64,000 nucleotides of DNA from an uncultured Actinomycetes bacterium (GCA_963767005.1 CAVYCN010000004.1:160001-224000), one strand, 5' to 3'; shown: positions 18,419 through 28,726, numbered from the stretch's first letter. Notes: generated by a model from the letters alone, not told the origin. Numbers and translations are program-made.

Positions 18419-19471
18419 ATGCCCGCGCTGCTTTCCATCGTCGTGCCGGTCTTCAACGAGGCCGGCAGCCTCGAGCCGCTCTACCAGGAGATCGTCGCCG
18501 CGCTCGCCGAGCGCGGCGCGTTCGAGGTCGTCTTCGTCGACGACGGGTCGACCGACGGCTCGCTCGTCGCGATGGAGCGGCTCGCCGCCGAGCACGACGG
18601 CGTGCGCGTCGTGCGGCTGCGGCGCAACTTCGGCAAGGCGGCGGCGCTCACGCATGGCTTCGCCGAGTCGCGCGGCGAGCTCGTCGTCACCATCGACGGC
18701 GACCGCCAGGACGATCCGGCCGAGATCCCCAAGCTGCTCGCCAAGCTCGACGAGGGCTACGACCTCGTGTCGGGCTGGAAGCAGAGCCGGAAGGACCCGT
18801 TCTCCAAGACCGTGCCGTCGAAGCTCTTCAACTGGACCGTGCGCACGTCGACCGGCGTGGCCCTGCACGACTTCAACTGCGGCCTCAAGGCCTACCGGCG
18901 GCCCGTGATCGAGCACGTCAAGGTGTACGGCGAGCTCCACCGCTACATCCCGGTGCTCGCGAGCGACCTGGGCTTCCGGGTGACCGAGGTCAGGGTCGGC
19001 CACCGACGTCGCACGAGCGGCCGCTCGAAGTACGGCTGGCGCCGCTACGGGCGCGGCTACCTCGACCTGCTCACGGTCCTGTTCCTGGGCCGCTACCGCC
19101 AGCGGCCCCAGCACCTGTTCGGCGGCATCGGCACCTTCCTGGTGTTCGTCGGCGTGCTGATCGACCTGTACCTCACGATCGACAAACTGCGCGGCCACGC
19201 CATCGGGCAGCGGCCGCTGCTCGTGCTCGGCACGCTGCTCATCATCGTCGGGATCCAGCTCCTGTCGCTCGGCCTTATCGGCGAGCTCATCACCCAGGCG
19301 CGGGCGCGCGACAAGCGCGACGACTACGAGGTCGAGCGGGTGATCGACGGCGCGGCGGCGCGCGCGGTGCGCGCCGCCGCCGACGTCCCGGCGCCCGGCC
19401 CGGACGGCGCCGCCGCGCCAGTCGGCGACCCGGCGCGCCCGCCGGCCGCCGGCCGCCCGGCGGCGTCGTGA
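18419..19471 (+). CDS. GT2 polyprenol-phosphate glycosyltransferase (ArnC/DPM-like)
   Basis: MPALLSIVVPVFNE, FVDDGSTDGS, RNFGKAAA, IDGDRQDDP, HDFNCGLKAY, two C-terminal TMs. Confidence 0.9.
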   Translation: MPALLSIVVPVFNEAGSLEPLYQEIVAALAERGAFEVVFVDDGSTDGSLVAMERLAAEHDGVRVVRLRRNFGKAAALTHGFAESRGELVVTIDGDRQDDPAEIPKLLAKLDEGYDLVSGWKQSRKDPFSKTVPSKLFNWTVRTSTGVALHDFNCGLKAYRRPVIEHVKVYGELHRYIPVLASDLGFRVTEVRVGHRRRTSGRSKYGWRRYGRGYLDLLTVLFLGRYRQRPQHLFGGIGTFLVFVGVLIDLYLTIDKLRGHAIGQRPLLVLGTLLIIVGIQLLSLGLIGELITQARARDKRDDYEVERVIDGAAARAVRAAADVPAPGPDGAAAPVGDPARPPAAGRPAAS

Positions 19472-19505
19472 GCGCCCGCCGCCGACCCGGCGGCCGCCTC
19501 GCCGC

Positions 19506-20630
19506 ATGACGCTGCGGATCGCCTATCTGGGCACGTACGACCCGTCCTACGCGCGCAACCGCGTGCTGATCGACGGCCTGCGCGCGGCGGGCGCCGAGGT
19601 GATCGAGTACGCGGCCCCGCTCGACTCGTCGCTCACGGCGGCGCGGCTCGCGACGCCCGCCGGCATGCGGCGGCTGGCCGCCGAGCTCGCTCGCGTCCAC
19701 CTGGCGCTGCTCGCCCGCCACCGCGCTGGCGTCACGTTCGACGTCGTTACGGTCGGCTACCCGGGGCATCTGATCGTGCCCTTCGCCTGGGCGGTGGCCC
19801 GCGTCCGGCGCGCTCTGCTCGTGTTCGACCCGCTCGTGTCGCTGTTCGACACGTTCGCCGGCGACCGCGGTCTGCTGGCCGGCGACAGCGCCGCAGGCAT
19901 GGCCGCCGGCGCAGTCGACCGCGTGGCGTTCGCGCTGCCCGACGTCGTGCTCGCCGACACGCAGGCCCACGCCGACTACTACGTCGCCGCTGTCGGCGTG
20001 CCCGCGGCGAAGCTCACCGTCGTGCCGGTCGGCGCCCTGCCCCTGGCGGGCGCGACGGGCGCGGCACGGACGCCCGCGCCCGGCGCGCCGCTGCGCGTGG
20101 TGCAGTACGGCCGCTGGAGCCCTCTGCACGGCCTCTCAGCGGTGCTCGACGCGGCCGAGGATCTGTGCGACGAGCCCTGGGTCTTCGAGCTCATCGGCGA
20201 CGGCCAGCTCGCCGACTGGCTCGCCGCCGAAGTGAAGCGCCGCGGCCTGGGGTCGGTCGACGTGCAGGGCCCGCTGCCGCCCTGGCGCCTGCGTGGCCGG
20301 CTCGTCGCCGCCGACGTCTGCCTGGGCGTGTTCGGCACCTCGGAGAAGGCGGCCAGGGTCGTGCCCAACAAGGTCTACGACGCGCTCGCCGCCGGCCGGC
20401 CCCTGGTGACCGCCGACTCGCCGGCGGCGCGCGAGCTGCTCGAGGACGGCCACGACGCGCTGCTCGTGCCGGCCGGCGACGGCGACGCGCTCGCCGCCGC
20501 CCTGCGCCGGCTCGGCAAGCCCGACGAACGCGCCCGTCTGGGCGCCGCCGCGCTCGATCTGTACCGGCGGCGCTGCACGCCCGAGGCGGTGGCGGCCACG
20601 CTGCTCGCGGCGCTCGAGGACCGCCTGTGA
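19506..20630 (+). CDS. GT4 (GT-B) glycosyltransferase
   Basis: YARNRVL, YGRWSPLHG, DVCLGVFG...VPNKVYDALAAGRPLVT. Confidence 0.85.
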   Translation: MTLRIAYLGTYDPSYARNRVLIDGLRAAGAEVIEYAAPLDSSLTAARLATPAGMRRLAAELARVHLALLARHRAGVTFDVVTVGYPGHLIVPFAWAVARVRRALLVFDPLVSLFDTFAGDRGLLAGDSAAGMAAGAVDRVAFALPDVVLADTQAHADYYVAAVGVPAAKLTVVPVGALPLAGATGAARTPAPGAPLRVVQYGRWSPLHGLSAVLDAAEDLCDEPWVFELIGDGQLADWLAAEVKRRGLGSVDVQGPLPPWRLRGRLVAADVCLGVFGTSEKAARVVPNKVYDALAAGRPLVTADSPAARELLEDGHDALLVPAGDGDALAAALRRLGKPDERARLGAAALDLYRRRCTPEAVAATLLAALEDRL

Positions 20631-21619
20631 GCGACGCCCGGGCCCCGGCCCGACGCCGCCGCGCGACCGCGCTGCGCGTCGCCCAGGCGGCGTTCGTCGT
20701 GCTCGTGGTGCTCTTCATTGCGCGCTACCTGCGCCACGCCTGGCCGGCCGTCGACGCCTACCGCTGGCGCCTGCGGCCCGGCCTGCTCGTCGCGTCGGCC
20801 GTCCTCGTGCTGCTCTACTACCTGGGCAACGCGCTCGTCTGGTGGCTCATCCTGTTCCACTCCGGCCTGCGGGCCCCGCGCACGCCGGTCGTGGCGACCT
20901 GGGGCAAGTCGATCCTCGCGCGCTACGTCCCGGGCAACGTCTTCCAGTTCGTGAGCCGCGCCTGGATGAGCCACCGCCAGGGTCTCGACGTCGACCGCGT
21001 CAGCGCCGGCATGGTGTACGAGCAGGTGCTGAACATCGCCGGCGCGCTCGCCGTGACGGCGGCGCTGTTCCCCCTCTGGCACTTCGAGCGCAGCGACACG
21101 ACCTGGGCGCTGCTCGCCCTCCCCGTGATCGTCGTCGCCTTGCACCCGCGCGTGTTCGCCCGCCTCGCCGCCGTCGCCCTGCGGATGGTGCGGCGGCCGC
21201 CGCTCACGCAGGTGCTGCCGTTTGGCACGGTGCTCGGCCTGCTCCTCGCCTTCGCCGGCCTGTGGCTCGTCGCCGGCCTCGCCATGTGGACGCTGGCCGC
21301 GGCCGTCACGAGCGTCAGCGGCTCCGCCTATCCCGAGATCACTGCCGGCTTCGCCATGGCCTTCGTCGCCGGCATGGTCGTGTTCTTCGTGCCGAGCGGT
21401 ATCGGCGTGCGCGAGGGCGTGCTCGCCGCCGCCACGGCGACGGTCTTCGCCGGCGGCGGGGTCGCCCTCGCGTGGGCATTGCTCGCCCGACTGTGGCAGA
21501 CTGCGCTGGAGCTTGCGTTCGTGGGCGCTGTGACCCTCGTCGACCGCCGCCGGTCGACCGGCGACCGCCCCGGCGGCGGGCCGCCCCCCGCCCCTCGCCC
21601 GCAAAGAGACGACGCGTGA
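20627..21619 (+). CDS. Lysylphosphatidylglycerol-synthase-TM/flippase-like membrane protein
   Basis: GTG overlapping the GT4 stop; multi-TM; ARYVPGNV and VPSGIGVREG motifs. Confidence 0.8.
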   Translation: MSDARAPARRRRATALRVAQAAFVVLVVLFIARYLRHAWPAVDAYRWRLRPGLLVASAVLVLLYYLGNALVWWLILFHSGLRAPRTPVVATWGKSILARYVPGNVFQFVSRAWMSHRQGLDVDRVSAGMVYEQVLNIAGALAVTAALFPLWHFERSDTTWALLALPVIVVALHPRVFARLAAVALRMVRRPPLTQVLPFGTVLGLLLAFAGLWLVAGLAMWTLAAAVTSVSGSAYPEITAGFAMAFVAGMVVFFVPSGIGVREGVLAAATATVFAGGGVALAWALLARLWQTALELAFVGAVTLVDRRRSTGDRPGGGPPPAPRPQRDDA

Positions 21620-21638
21620 CCCGGAGGTCTGCCCACCG

Positions 21639-23297
21639 GTGAGCAACCGCCGCACGAAGTCGAGGAAGCGTCCGCCGCGGCCCGCGCCGAAGCCGGCGCG
21701 CGCTGCGACTGTCGCGACGCCTCCGGCTGACCCCGCCGCGCTCGCCCGGCGCTACTTCGGCTACGTGATCGTCGCCATGGTCGTGGCCGCCGTCATCCTC
21801 ACCCTCCTCTCGATCCAGCGCTACCGGAACTTTTACGGCGGCCGCTTCGACCTGGGCAACATGGTCCAAGCCGTCTACAACACGGCCCACGGCCACTTCC
21901 TGCAGGTCACGAGCGCCGACGGCAACGGCCGCCAGATGTCGCGCCTGGGCGCTCACGTCGACCCCATCCTGGCCGCCTTCGCCGTGCCCTGGCTGGTCTG
22001 GCCGAGCCCGATGATGCTGCTGGTCGCGCAGGCCGTGATCGTGTCGCTGTCGGCCTGGCCGGCCTACCGCCTGGGCCTGCGCGTGCTGGGCGACGCCCGC
22101 GCCGCCTTCCTGCTGTCGGTCGCGCTCCTGCTGTACCCTCCGCTCGAGTACGCGGTGCTGAACGAGTTCCACCCCGTCACGCTGGCCATCCCGCTCCTGC
22201 TCTTCGGCTTCGTGTTCGCCGACGAGGGCCGCTGGTGGCGTGCCGCTCCGTTCCTCGTGCTGGCCGCCCTGTGCAAAGAGGACATCCCGCTCGTGATCGC
22301 CATGATGGGCCTGTGGCTCGCCTTGCGCCGCCGGTCGTGGCGGCCGCTCCTGATCACCGCCGCCGCGGCCGCCTATTTCGTGGTCGCCGTCAAGGTCGTG
22401 CTGCCCCACTACTCGCCCGGTGGCAGCCCCTTCCTCGATCGCTACGCCGACCTCGGCTCGAGCGTGAGCGGCGTTGGCCTGAACCTCGTGCTCAAGCCGG
22501 GCGTCACCCTGGGCCACCTCTTCTCGGGATCGGACCTGCGCTACCTGCTGCAGCTCCTCTGGCCGTTCGGTCTGAGCTCGCTCGCGAGCCCCCTGACGAC
22601 CCTGATCGCGGCGCCCGAGCTCGCCCTGAACGCGCTCGCCAGCAACCCGCTGCAGCGCTCATACGAGTTCCACTACACGGCCGGCGAGGTGCCTTTCGTG
22701 TTCGCCGGCGCCGTGCTGGGCGTGGCCCGCGTGCGGCGCTGGCTCGCCGGGCGCGCCGGCGGCACCTGGCGCCGCCGTGCCGAGCTCGCGACGGTCGGCA
22801 CCCTCGCCACCGCCGTGCTCACCATGACGGTCGTCGCGAACTTCGTGCTCGGACCGCTGCCGTTCTCGCTGCCGGGCGCCCACTACTCGGGCAAGAACTA
22901 CGCGGTGAGCGGCCACGCCAAGGTGCTCGACATGGCGATCCGCACGATCCCGAGCGCCGGCGGCGTCACAGTGAGCACCGAGAACAACGCCGGCTCGCAT
23001 CTGTCGGCGCGCCGCGTCGTCTACACGTTCCCGTACATCGGCAACGCCCAGTACGTCATCGTCGACGACAAGAACGGCTTCGTCTACGACCACGCGGACA
23101 CCGTCGGGCATTCGCAGGCCCTCGGCGCGCTCGTGCTCAACCAGGCCTACCAGTCGACCTTCGCGCGCGACGGCGTGTACGTGTTCCGGCGCGTCGGCGC
23201 GGGCACGGGGGCGACGGGCACGGGGGCGACGGGCACGGGCTCGACGCCGGCGGCGAGCACCTCGCCGTCGCCGGGGTCGACTGCGTCCACGCCCTGA
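21639..23297 (+). CDS. DUF2079-family membrane protein (putative GT-C)
   Basis: FDLGNMVQAVYN, LGAHVDPIL, NEFHPVTLA, CKED, FHY motifs; Gly/Thr/Ser tail. Confidence 0.8.
   Translation: MSNRRTKSRKRPPRPAPKPARAATVATPPADPAALARRYFGYVIVAMVVAAVILTLLSIQRYRNFYGGRFDLGNMVQAVYNTAHGHFLQVTSADGNGRQMSRLGAHVDPILAAFAVPWLVWPSPMMLLVAQAVIVSLSAWPAYRLGLRVLGDARAAFLLSVALLLYPPLEYAVLNEFHPVTLAIPLLLFGFVFADEGRWWRAAPFLVLAALCKEDIPLVIAMMGLWLALRRRSWRPLLITAAAAAYFVVAVKVVLPHYSPGGSPFLDRYADLGSSVSGVGLNLVLKPGVTLGHLFSGSDLRYLLQLLWPFGLSSLASPLTTLIAAPELALNALASNPLQRSYEFHYTAGEVPFVFAGAVLGVARVRRWLAGRAGGTWRRRAELATVGTLATAVLTMTVVANFVLGPLPFSLPGAHYSGKNYAVSGHAKVLDMAIRTIPSAGGVTVSTENNAGSHLSARRVVYTFPYIGNAQYVIVDDKNGFVYDHADTVGHSQALGALVLNQAYQSTFARDGVYVFRRVGAGTGATGTGATGTGSTPAASTSPSPGSTASTP
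23201..23245 (+). repeat. 15-bp coding tandem repeat (about 3 copies) encoding GTGAT
   Basis: GGGCACGGGGGCGAC x2 plus GGGCACGGGCTCGAC. Confidence 0.8.
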
Positions 23298-23314
23298 AGC
23301 GGACACGCCTCGCC

Positions 23315-24994
23315 GTGGACGCCGAGCTCGAGGGCCGCAGCGCGACCCAGGTCCGCGACCGGACGCCGGCCGTCCTTGCGGTGGCGTCGCTTGCCGCCGT
23401 CGCCCTCGCCCTGGGCCTCATGCACCTTGCCGGTCTGCCCGGCGTCGACGCGGCGGCGCACGCCTACAAGACCGGCCTCGTGGCGCGGCACCAGTCGCTG
23501 CTCTGGGACGATCTGTGGTACTGCGGGTCCTACGGCGTCGTCGTCTACGGGATCGTGTACTACCTGCTCGCGGCCCTGGTCGGCGCCGTGCCGGTCGTGC
23601 TGGTGTCGGCCGGTCTGCTGCCGGTGCTGTTCCATCTCTACCTGCGGCGCTCATGGGGCGTGCGCAGCCCGCTGCCGGCCGCAAGCCTCGCCGTCCTCAC
23701 CGTCGCCTACCTGCTGAACGGCCAGGCGCCGTTCCTGCTGGCCATGGCGCTCACCCTGCTGGGCCTCGTCCTGCTGGCCGGCGGGCGACCGCTCTGGGCG
23801 GCGCTGCCGATCGGCCTCGCGGCGTTCACCAACCCGGTCGCCGTGGTCGCCGGGGCCGTGTTCCTGGTCGCCGAGGCGATCGCCCGGCCGCCGGCGCGCC
23901 GCCCGCTCGCCGTGCTCGTGGCCGGCCTCGTTCCCTTCGCGCTGCTGTGGGCCGGCGTGCAGCTCGCCTTCCGGGCGCGCGCCTGGTACCTGGCCCAGCC
24001 GCTCGAGCTGCTCAAGTGGACGGCGGTCGCGGCCGCCGGCGTGGCGCTCGCGCACTTTTCGAACGACCCGCAGCGACGGGCGCCACGGGCCGTGTTCGTG
24101 GTCGCCGGCGCCGTCTGTCTCGCGGCCCTCGCCGTGCCCGATGAGCTCGGCAACAACGCGGCTCGCTTCCTCGCGCTGTTCGCCCTGCCGGTCGCGCTCA
24201 CCGTGCGCGCCCCGCGCCTGCCGAAGGCGGCGACGGCGGCGCTGCTCGCCGCCGTCGCCGCCGTCCAGCTCGCCGCGCCGCTCACCGACCTCGCGCGGGC
24301 CGGCGACCGCACCCAGACGTCGAAGGCCTTCTTCGCGCCGGCTCTCGCCTTCGCGACCGCTCACGAGTCGCCCGATTTTCGCTGCCACGTCGTCGCCCTG
24401 CGCCTGCACTGGGAGGCCGCATACTTCCCCGATGCGGGCATCCCGCTCACGCGCGGCTGGTTCCGCCAGGACGACTGGCTGCACAACGAGGTGCTGTATC
24501 GGCGGCCGACGCCCGCCCGGTACGTCGCCTGGCTGCGCGTGTGCGGCGTGCGCGACGTCTTCGTGCCGCACGCCGCCCTCGACATGAGCAGCGCCGGCGA
24601 GCCCGGCCTCATCGCCCGTTCGGGCGCCTTCGTGCGCGTCTTCGAGTCGGCCGGCTGGACCGTGTACCGGCTGCGCCTGCCGTCGCCCCTGGTCGTCGAC
24701 GCCCGGCGGGGGGCGGCGGACACGGCGGCGACGCTGCCGCCGGCCTCGGTCGGAGCCGAGGTCGTCGCGATGGGTCAGGCAGCCACGACGATCGCCGTAT
24801 CGCGTCCGGGCACGTACCTGCTGAAGGTGAGCTGGACGCCCTACTGGCGTCTCGGTGCCCCGCCCGGGTCGGGCACGCCGGCCGGCCTGGCGCGCGGCCC
24901 CGGCGGCTGGACGCTGCTGCGCGCCCCGCGCACGGGCCGCTACGTGCTGCGCATGCACTTCGACCTGCACACGGCGCTCGACCAGATCTTCTGA
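23315..24994 (+). CDS. Polytopic membrane protein, possibly GT-C fold
   Basis: GVDAAAH...WDDLWYCG, about 11-12 hydrophobic segments, HWEAAY, LTRGWFRQDD, C-terminal soluble domain; lies in a glycosylation cluster. Confidence 0.6.
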   Translation: MDAELEGRSATQVRDRTPAVLAVASLAAVALALGLMHLAGLPGVDAAAHAYKTGLVARHQSLLWDDLWYCGSYGVVVYGIVYYLLAALVGAVPVVLVSAGLLPVLFHLYLRRSWGVRSPLPAASLAVLTVAYLLNGQAPFLLAMALTLLGLVLLAGGRPLWAALPIGLAAFTNPVAVVAGAVFLVAEAIARPPARRPLAVLVAGLVPFALLWAGVQLAFRARAWYLAQPLELLKWTAVAAAGVALAHFSNDPQRRAPRAVFVVAGAVCLAALAVPDELGNNAARFLALFALPVALTVRAPRLPKAATAALLAAVAAVQLAAPLTDLARAGDRTQTSKAFFAPALAFATAHESPDFRCHVVALRLHWEAAYFPDAGIPLTRGWFRQDDWLHNEVLYRRPTPARYVAWLRVCGVRDVFVPHAALDMSSAGEPGLIARSGAFVRVFESAGWTVYRLRLPSPLVVDARRGAADTAATLPPASVGAEVVAMGQAATTIAVSRPGTYLLKVSWTPYWRLGAPPGSGTPAGLARGPGGWTLLRAPRTGRYVLRMHFDLHTALDQIF

Positions 24995-25053
24995 GGAGTC
25001 GCGCGGGCGCCGGCACGGCAGCGCCCGTCGGTGAACCGGGCCGCTCGCGAGAC

Positions 25054-26238
25054 TCAGGCCACCCAGCTGAACATCGCGAACTTCGCGGTGAGCGCGACGC
25101 AGCAGGCGATGAGGACGCCGGCGATGATGCGGTGCGCTCGCGGTCGCCGCTCGGTGAAGAGCGCGGCGCTCATGAAGATGGGGAAGGCGGCCAGCACGAA
25201 GCGCGGCATCGACATGAGCGGCATCGAGGTGGCTGGGAACAGCAGCGGGTAGCCGATGGTCACGATGGCGTAGAGCGAGAGGGCGAGCGGCAGTCGTCGC
25301 AGCCCGTAGACGATGGGCAGCACGCCGATCGCGAGCGACCCGAGGTTGATGATGTTGGCGGCCGCGAGCGGCATGACGGCGCCGGGCTGCGAGGCGGGCC
25401 AGTAGAGGTGGCTGGTCTGTCCCGAGAGGATCTGGCGGGTGCCCTGGAAGGCGGCCTCGAGCGACTTCCACAGGGCGAACGTCGGCACCGCGAGGTAGCG
25501 GCGCCACTGGTCCTGGACCTGAGCGAACAGCAGCGGCTTGCCGAACCGCAGGCTGAGGTAGGCCATCCAGACCATGAGGCCCTCGGGGATCATGAGCAGC
25601 GAGGCGGCGGCCGCGTCGGTGCGGCGCAGCTTCCAGTCGCGCTGCTCGGCGTAGCAGACCGCCATCGGCACGATCAGCAGGAAACCGGCGCTGCGAGTGA
25701 GCGCCGCGAGCAGGCCGGCCAGGCCGGCGAGCTTCCAGCGGCCCTGCGTCGACCAGAGGATGCAGACGATCGACAGCAGCAGGAACAGCGACTCGCTGTA
25801 GACGGCCTGCCAGTAGAAGGCCGTCGGGAAGATCGAGAGGTACAGGCAGGTGCGGTAGGCGACGAGGCTGCCGTACTTGGGCGCGACCAGCCGGTAGAGG
25901 CAGTAGATCGCCCCGAAATAGCAGGCCAGCGAGAGGACGATGCCGGCGACCACGAGGTTGTTGTCGAAGACGATGCCGAGCCAGCGCACCATCAACGGGT
26001 AGAGCGGGAAGAACGCGACCGTGCCGTCGTTGCTGGCGTAGCCGTCGGCGGCGACCTTCACGAACCACACGCCGTCCCACACCGCCCAGGGGTTGAAGAC
26101 GTGGGCGAGGAGGCCGTGGAAGGGCTCGGCCAGGCGCGGCAGGCGCTGCGCCCAGGGGGCCGGCTTGACGCCGATCAGCCAGGTGGCCAGGCCGGCGACC
26201 ACGCCGGTGAGGACCCGCGAGACGACCGCCATGACCAT
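25054..26238 (-). CDS. PIG-V-like mannosyltransferase family protein (GT-C); start uncertain, frame open to 26487
   Basis: WDGVWFVKVAADGY, AFFPLYP, YSESLFLLL, LTRSAG, SMPRFVL. Confidence 0.85.
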   Translation of the reverse strand: MVMAVVSRVLTGVVAGLATWLIGVKPAPWAQRLPRLAEPFHGLLAHVFNPWAVWDGVWFVKVAADGYASNDGTVAFFPLYPLMVRWLGIVFDNNLVVAGIVLSLACYFGAIYCLYRLVAPKYGSLVAYRTCLYLSIFPTAFYWQAVYSESLFLLLSIVCILWSTQGRWKLAGLAGLLAALTRSAGFLLIVPMAVCYAEQRDWKLRRTDAAAASLLMIPEGLMVWMAYLSLRFGKPLLFAQVQDQWRRYLAVPTFALWKSLEAAFQGTRQILSGQTSHLYWPASQPGAVMPLAAANIINLGSLAIGVLPIVYGLRRLPLALSLYAIVTIGYPLLFPATSMPLMSMPRFVLAAFPIFMSAALFTERRPRAHRIIAGVLIACCVALTAKFAMFSWVA

Positions 26239-26401
26239 CGTGCGGCGCAGCAGATCGGGCGGGGCCGTGGCGGCCTGCCCGGCTGGGCCGGCGTCTGTGG
26301 TCGGCTCCTCGAGCGCGTGCTCGATGTCGGTCTCTGGGGACGGTGTGGCCGTGCGTGCTCCTGCGGGGAGGCTGTCGCTTGCGTCCGACCGGGCAAGTAT
26401 C

Positions 26402-27226
26402 TCACGAGGCCGGCGGTGGTGCGCCGGCGGCGGCGCCCAGCCCGGCCAGGCGCTCCTGCAGCGCGAAGCGCAGACCGGCGGCCGCACGATCCGCGTCGGC
26501 TTTGGTCTCCTGCCAGATGGTGAGGCGCAGCTTGACGGCGTCGGCGCCGAGCTCGGTCACGGCGAGCGAGGGCTCCCGGTCGGGGGGGCGGCCGCGGCTG
26601 AAGGCCGCGGCCGCGTCGAGCGCCGCGCGGCGCACGTCGGCGAGCGCGACGGCCGCCGGCACGACGAACTCGACGGCCGCCGCGCTCGCCTCGTCGACGA
26701 TCGTGAAATTGCGGATCACCTTGCTGGCGAGCTGCTCGTTGGGGATCACGATGCGGCTGTTGTCGGCCGCGCGGATGTAGGAGTAGGTCAGCCGCACCTC
26801 CTCGACGACGCCCTCGAGGTCGTCAATCGCCACGTGGTCGCCGATGCGCACCGGCTGGGCGAGCGCGACGATCACGCCCGACACGAGGTTGGCCAGGGCC
26901 GAGCGCGCGGCGAAGCCGACGACGAGAGCGGTGATGCCGGCCGAGGCGAGCAGGCCGCGAGCCAGCGGGCCGACCTCGGGCAGCACCACGAGCGCGGCCA
27001 TGACCCCGACGAACACGATCACCGCCACGATCAGCCGCCGCGCGACGCGCAGGCGCGTCTCGTCGGCGACCGGCAGGGTGCGCGAGATGGCGCGCGAGAT
27101 GCCGCCGCCGTGGTCGCGTAGCAGGCGATCGACGACGACGGCGACGACGACGGTGATGGCGAGATACGCCAGAGAGTGCGCGATCTGGCTCACGCTGGCC
27201 GCGACGGGGGCTGGCACGGTCGGCAC
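26402..27226 (-). CDS. MscS-family mechanosensitive channel
   Basis: GFAARSALANLVSG...PVRIGDHV...GVVEEVRLTYS...IVIPN. Confidence 0.88.
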   Translation of the reverse strand: MPTVPAPVAASVSQIAHSLAYLAITVVVAVVVDRLLRDHGGGISRAISRTLPVADETRLRVARRLIVAVIVFVGVMAALVVLPEVGPLARGLLASAGITALVVGFAARSALANLVSGVIVALAQPVRIGDHVAIDDLEGVVEEVRLTYSYIRAADNSRIVIPNEQLASKVIRNFTIVDEASAAAVEFVVPAAVALADVRRAALDAAAAFSRGRPPDREPSLAVTELGADAVKLRLTIWQETKADADRAAAGLRFALQERLAGLGAAAGAPPPAS

Positions 27227-27228
27227 CC

Positions 27229-27804
27229 TCAGGGCGAGGCGCTCGCCGACGGCGTCGCGCCGCTCGCCGGCTCGGTCGCCCCCGGCGTGGGCAGGTCGCG
27301 CCGCACGTCGTACAGCCAGCGGCCGCTGCGGTAGTCGAGCATCGCCACGATCGTGTCGGGACCGGCCACTCCGTCGATGTGGCCGCTGACCTGCCAGACG
27401 AACCGGTAGGGCGGACGGATGGTCGTGGTCAGCGTGCGGCCGCCGACCCGGTGGCTGAACGTGTAGGGCCGCCGGGCCGGCAGGAACAGCAGGCGCACCT
27501 CGTGGGGGTCGACGGCCGAGCCGCGAAAGACCGAGTCGGCGCGCCGCAGGGCGATGCCCGAGGTCTTCAGACGCGAGTCGCCCGGCACGGTCAGCGCAGT
27601 CGCGACGAACGACCAGCTGCGCCAGGGATGGGTCAGGAAGCTCGTGTTCTGGGGCGCTGCCGTGTAGCGGAAGGCGACGAGCGACGGCAGGTAGAAGACG
27701 AGCAGCGCGGCGATTGCGACGAGCGCCAGCCAGAACCGCCGGTTGCGGTTGCGAAACAGCGGCGCGCGCGGGACCTGGGTCGAGTGCGTCTGCACGATGG
27801 ACAA
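27229..27804 (-). CDS. Hypothetical protein with N-terminal TM/signal
   Basis: RRFWLALVAIAALLVFYLP; fills the gap between two same-strand genes. Confidence 0.6.
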   Translation of the reverse strand: MSIVQTHSTQVPRAPLFRNRNRRFWLALVAIAALLVFYLPSLVAFRYTAAPQNTSFLTHPWRSWSFVATALTVPGDSRLKTSGIALRRADSVFRGSAVDPHEVRLLFLPARRPYTFSHRVGGRTLTTTIRPPYRFVWQVSGHIDGVAGPDTIVAMLDYRSGRWLYDVRRDLPTPGATEPASGATPSASASP

Positions 27805-27840
27805 GAGTATCAGAGCCGGACGCCGGCGGCGGGACCGGCG

Positions 27841-28641
27841 TCAGCCGCCGAGCTCACGCTGATGGAGGTCGGGGTAGATCGAGCTCGGCGCGAAGATCTC
27901 GCGTGCCGCGGCCTGCATCTGAGCGTAGTAGGCCTCGTCGCGCAGCGGGTTCAGGTGCATGATGACGAGCTCCTCGACCCCGGCCTGCGCGGCCAGGCCG
28001 GCGGCCTGACGGGCCGAGCTGTGCGAGCGGTACGTCGTTCGCACCATCTCCTGCTCGGCGGGGTCCTCCTCCTCGACGCCGTCGATCCAGGACTCGTGGA
28101 GCAGCACCTCGGCGCCGCGCGCGAAGTCGGCGGTGGCCGGGTCGGCCGACGTGTCGGTGGCGAGCACGAAGCGGTCGTCGAGCCGGTAGGCGACGCTGGT
28201 GTCCGGGTGACACTGAGCCCGCAGCCTGACCTCGTGGCCGGCGACCTCGTTCACGCCCTCATGCAGCGTGGTGAGCACGAAGCCGCCGAGCTCGCTCCAA
28301 TCGGTCGGGTTGTAGGGCTTGCGCATGAGGTCGGGGACGCCGCGCTGCGGGTCGACGCCGTTCAGCGCGGCGTCGGGCACGTGCACCATCAGGGGGCGGC
28401 CCGCGAAGATAGCCGGCAGGTAGGCGAGGCCGCACACGTGGTCGAGGTGATAGTGGGTGAGCAGCAGGTGGATCTCGCGGGCGCCGGCGAGCAGATCGGA
28501 GGCCGGCGGCTGCAGCAGCCGGCCGAGGCCGGTGCCGGCGTCGAAGATCAGCAGGAGCGGGCCGTCGTCGATCGCGACGCAGGTCGTCTCGCGCGCCGGC
28601 GTGGGCACCCAGCCCTGCGTGCCGAGCAGCGTCAACCGCAC
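27841..28641 (-). CDS. MBL-fold metallo-hydrolase (RNase Z-like)
   Basis: LLGTQG, DAGTG, THYHLDH, ATDT, LLHES, HSSA, IMHL. Confidence 0.85.
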   Translation of the reverse strand: MRLTLLGTQGWVPTPARETTCVAIDDGPLLLIFDAGTGLGRLLQPPASDLLAGAREIHLLLTHYHLDHVCGLAYLPAIFAGRPLMVHVPDAALNGVDPQRGVPDLMRKPYNPTDWSELGGFVLTTLHEGVNEVAGHEVRLRAQCHPDTSVAYRLDDRFVLATDTSADPATADFARGAEVLLHESWIDGVEEEDPAEQEMVRTTYRSHSSARQAAGLAAQAGVEELVIMHLNPLRDEAYYAQMQAAAREIFAPSSIYPDLHQRELGG

Positions 28642-28726
28642 GTCACACCGGCCTGGGGAGCTGTGCCGCGTCCGTTCATCGGATATATGCTACCCCGTAG
28701 CGGCATCCACAGGAGAGCGGGCGTTC

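Noticed and set aside
15431-19507. Giant ORFs of 1346 aa (+) and 1030 aa (-)
   Set aside because: Each is a real gene (GT2 from 18419; surface protein from 18214) extended by stop-free antisense frames typical of high-GC DNA
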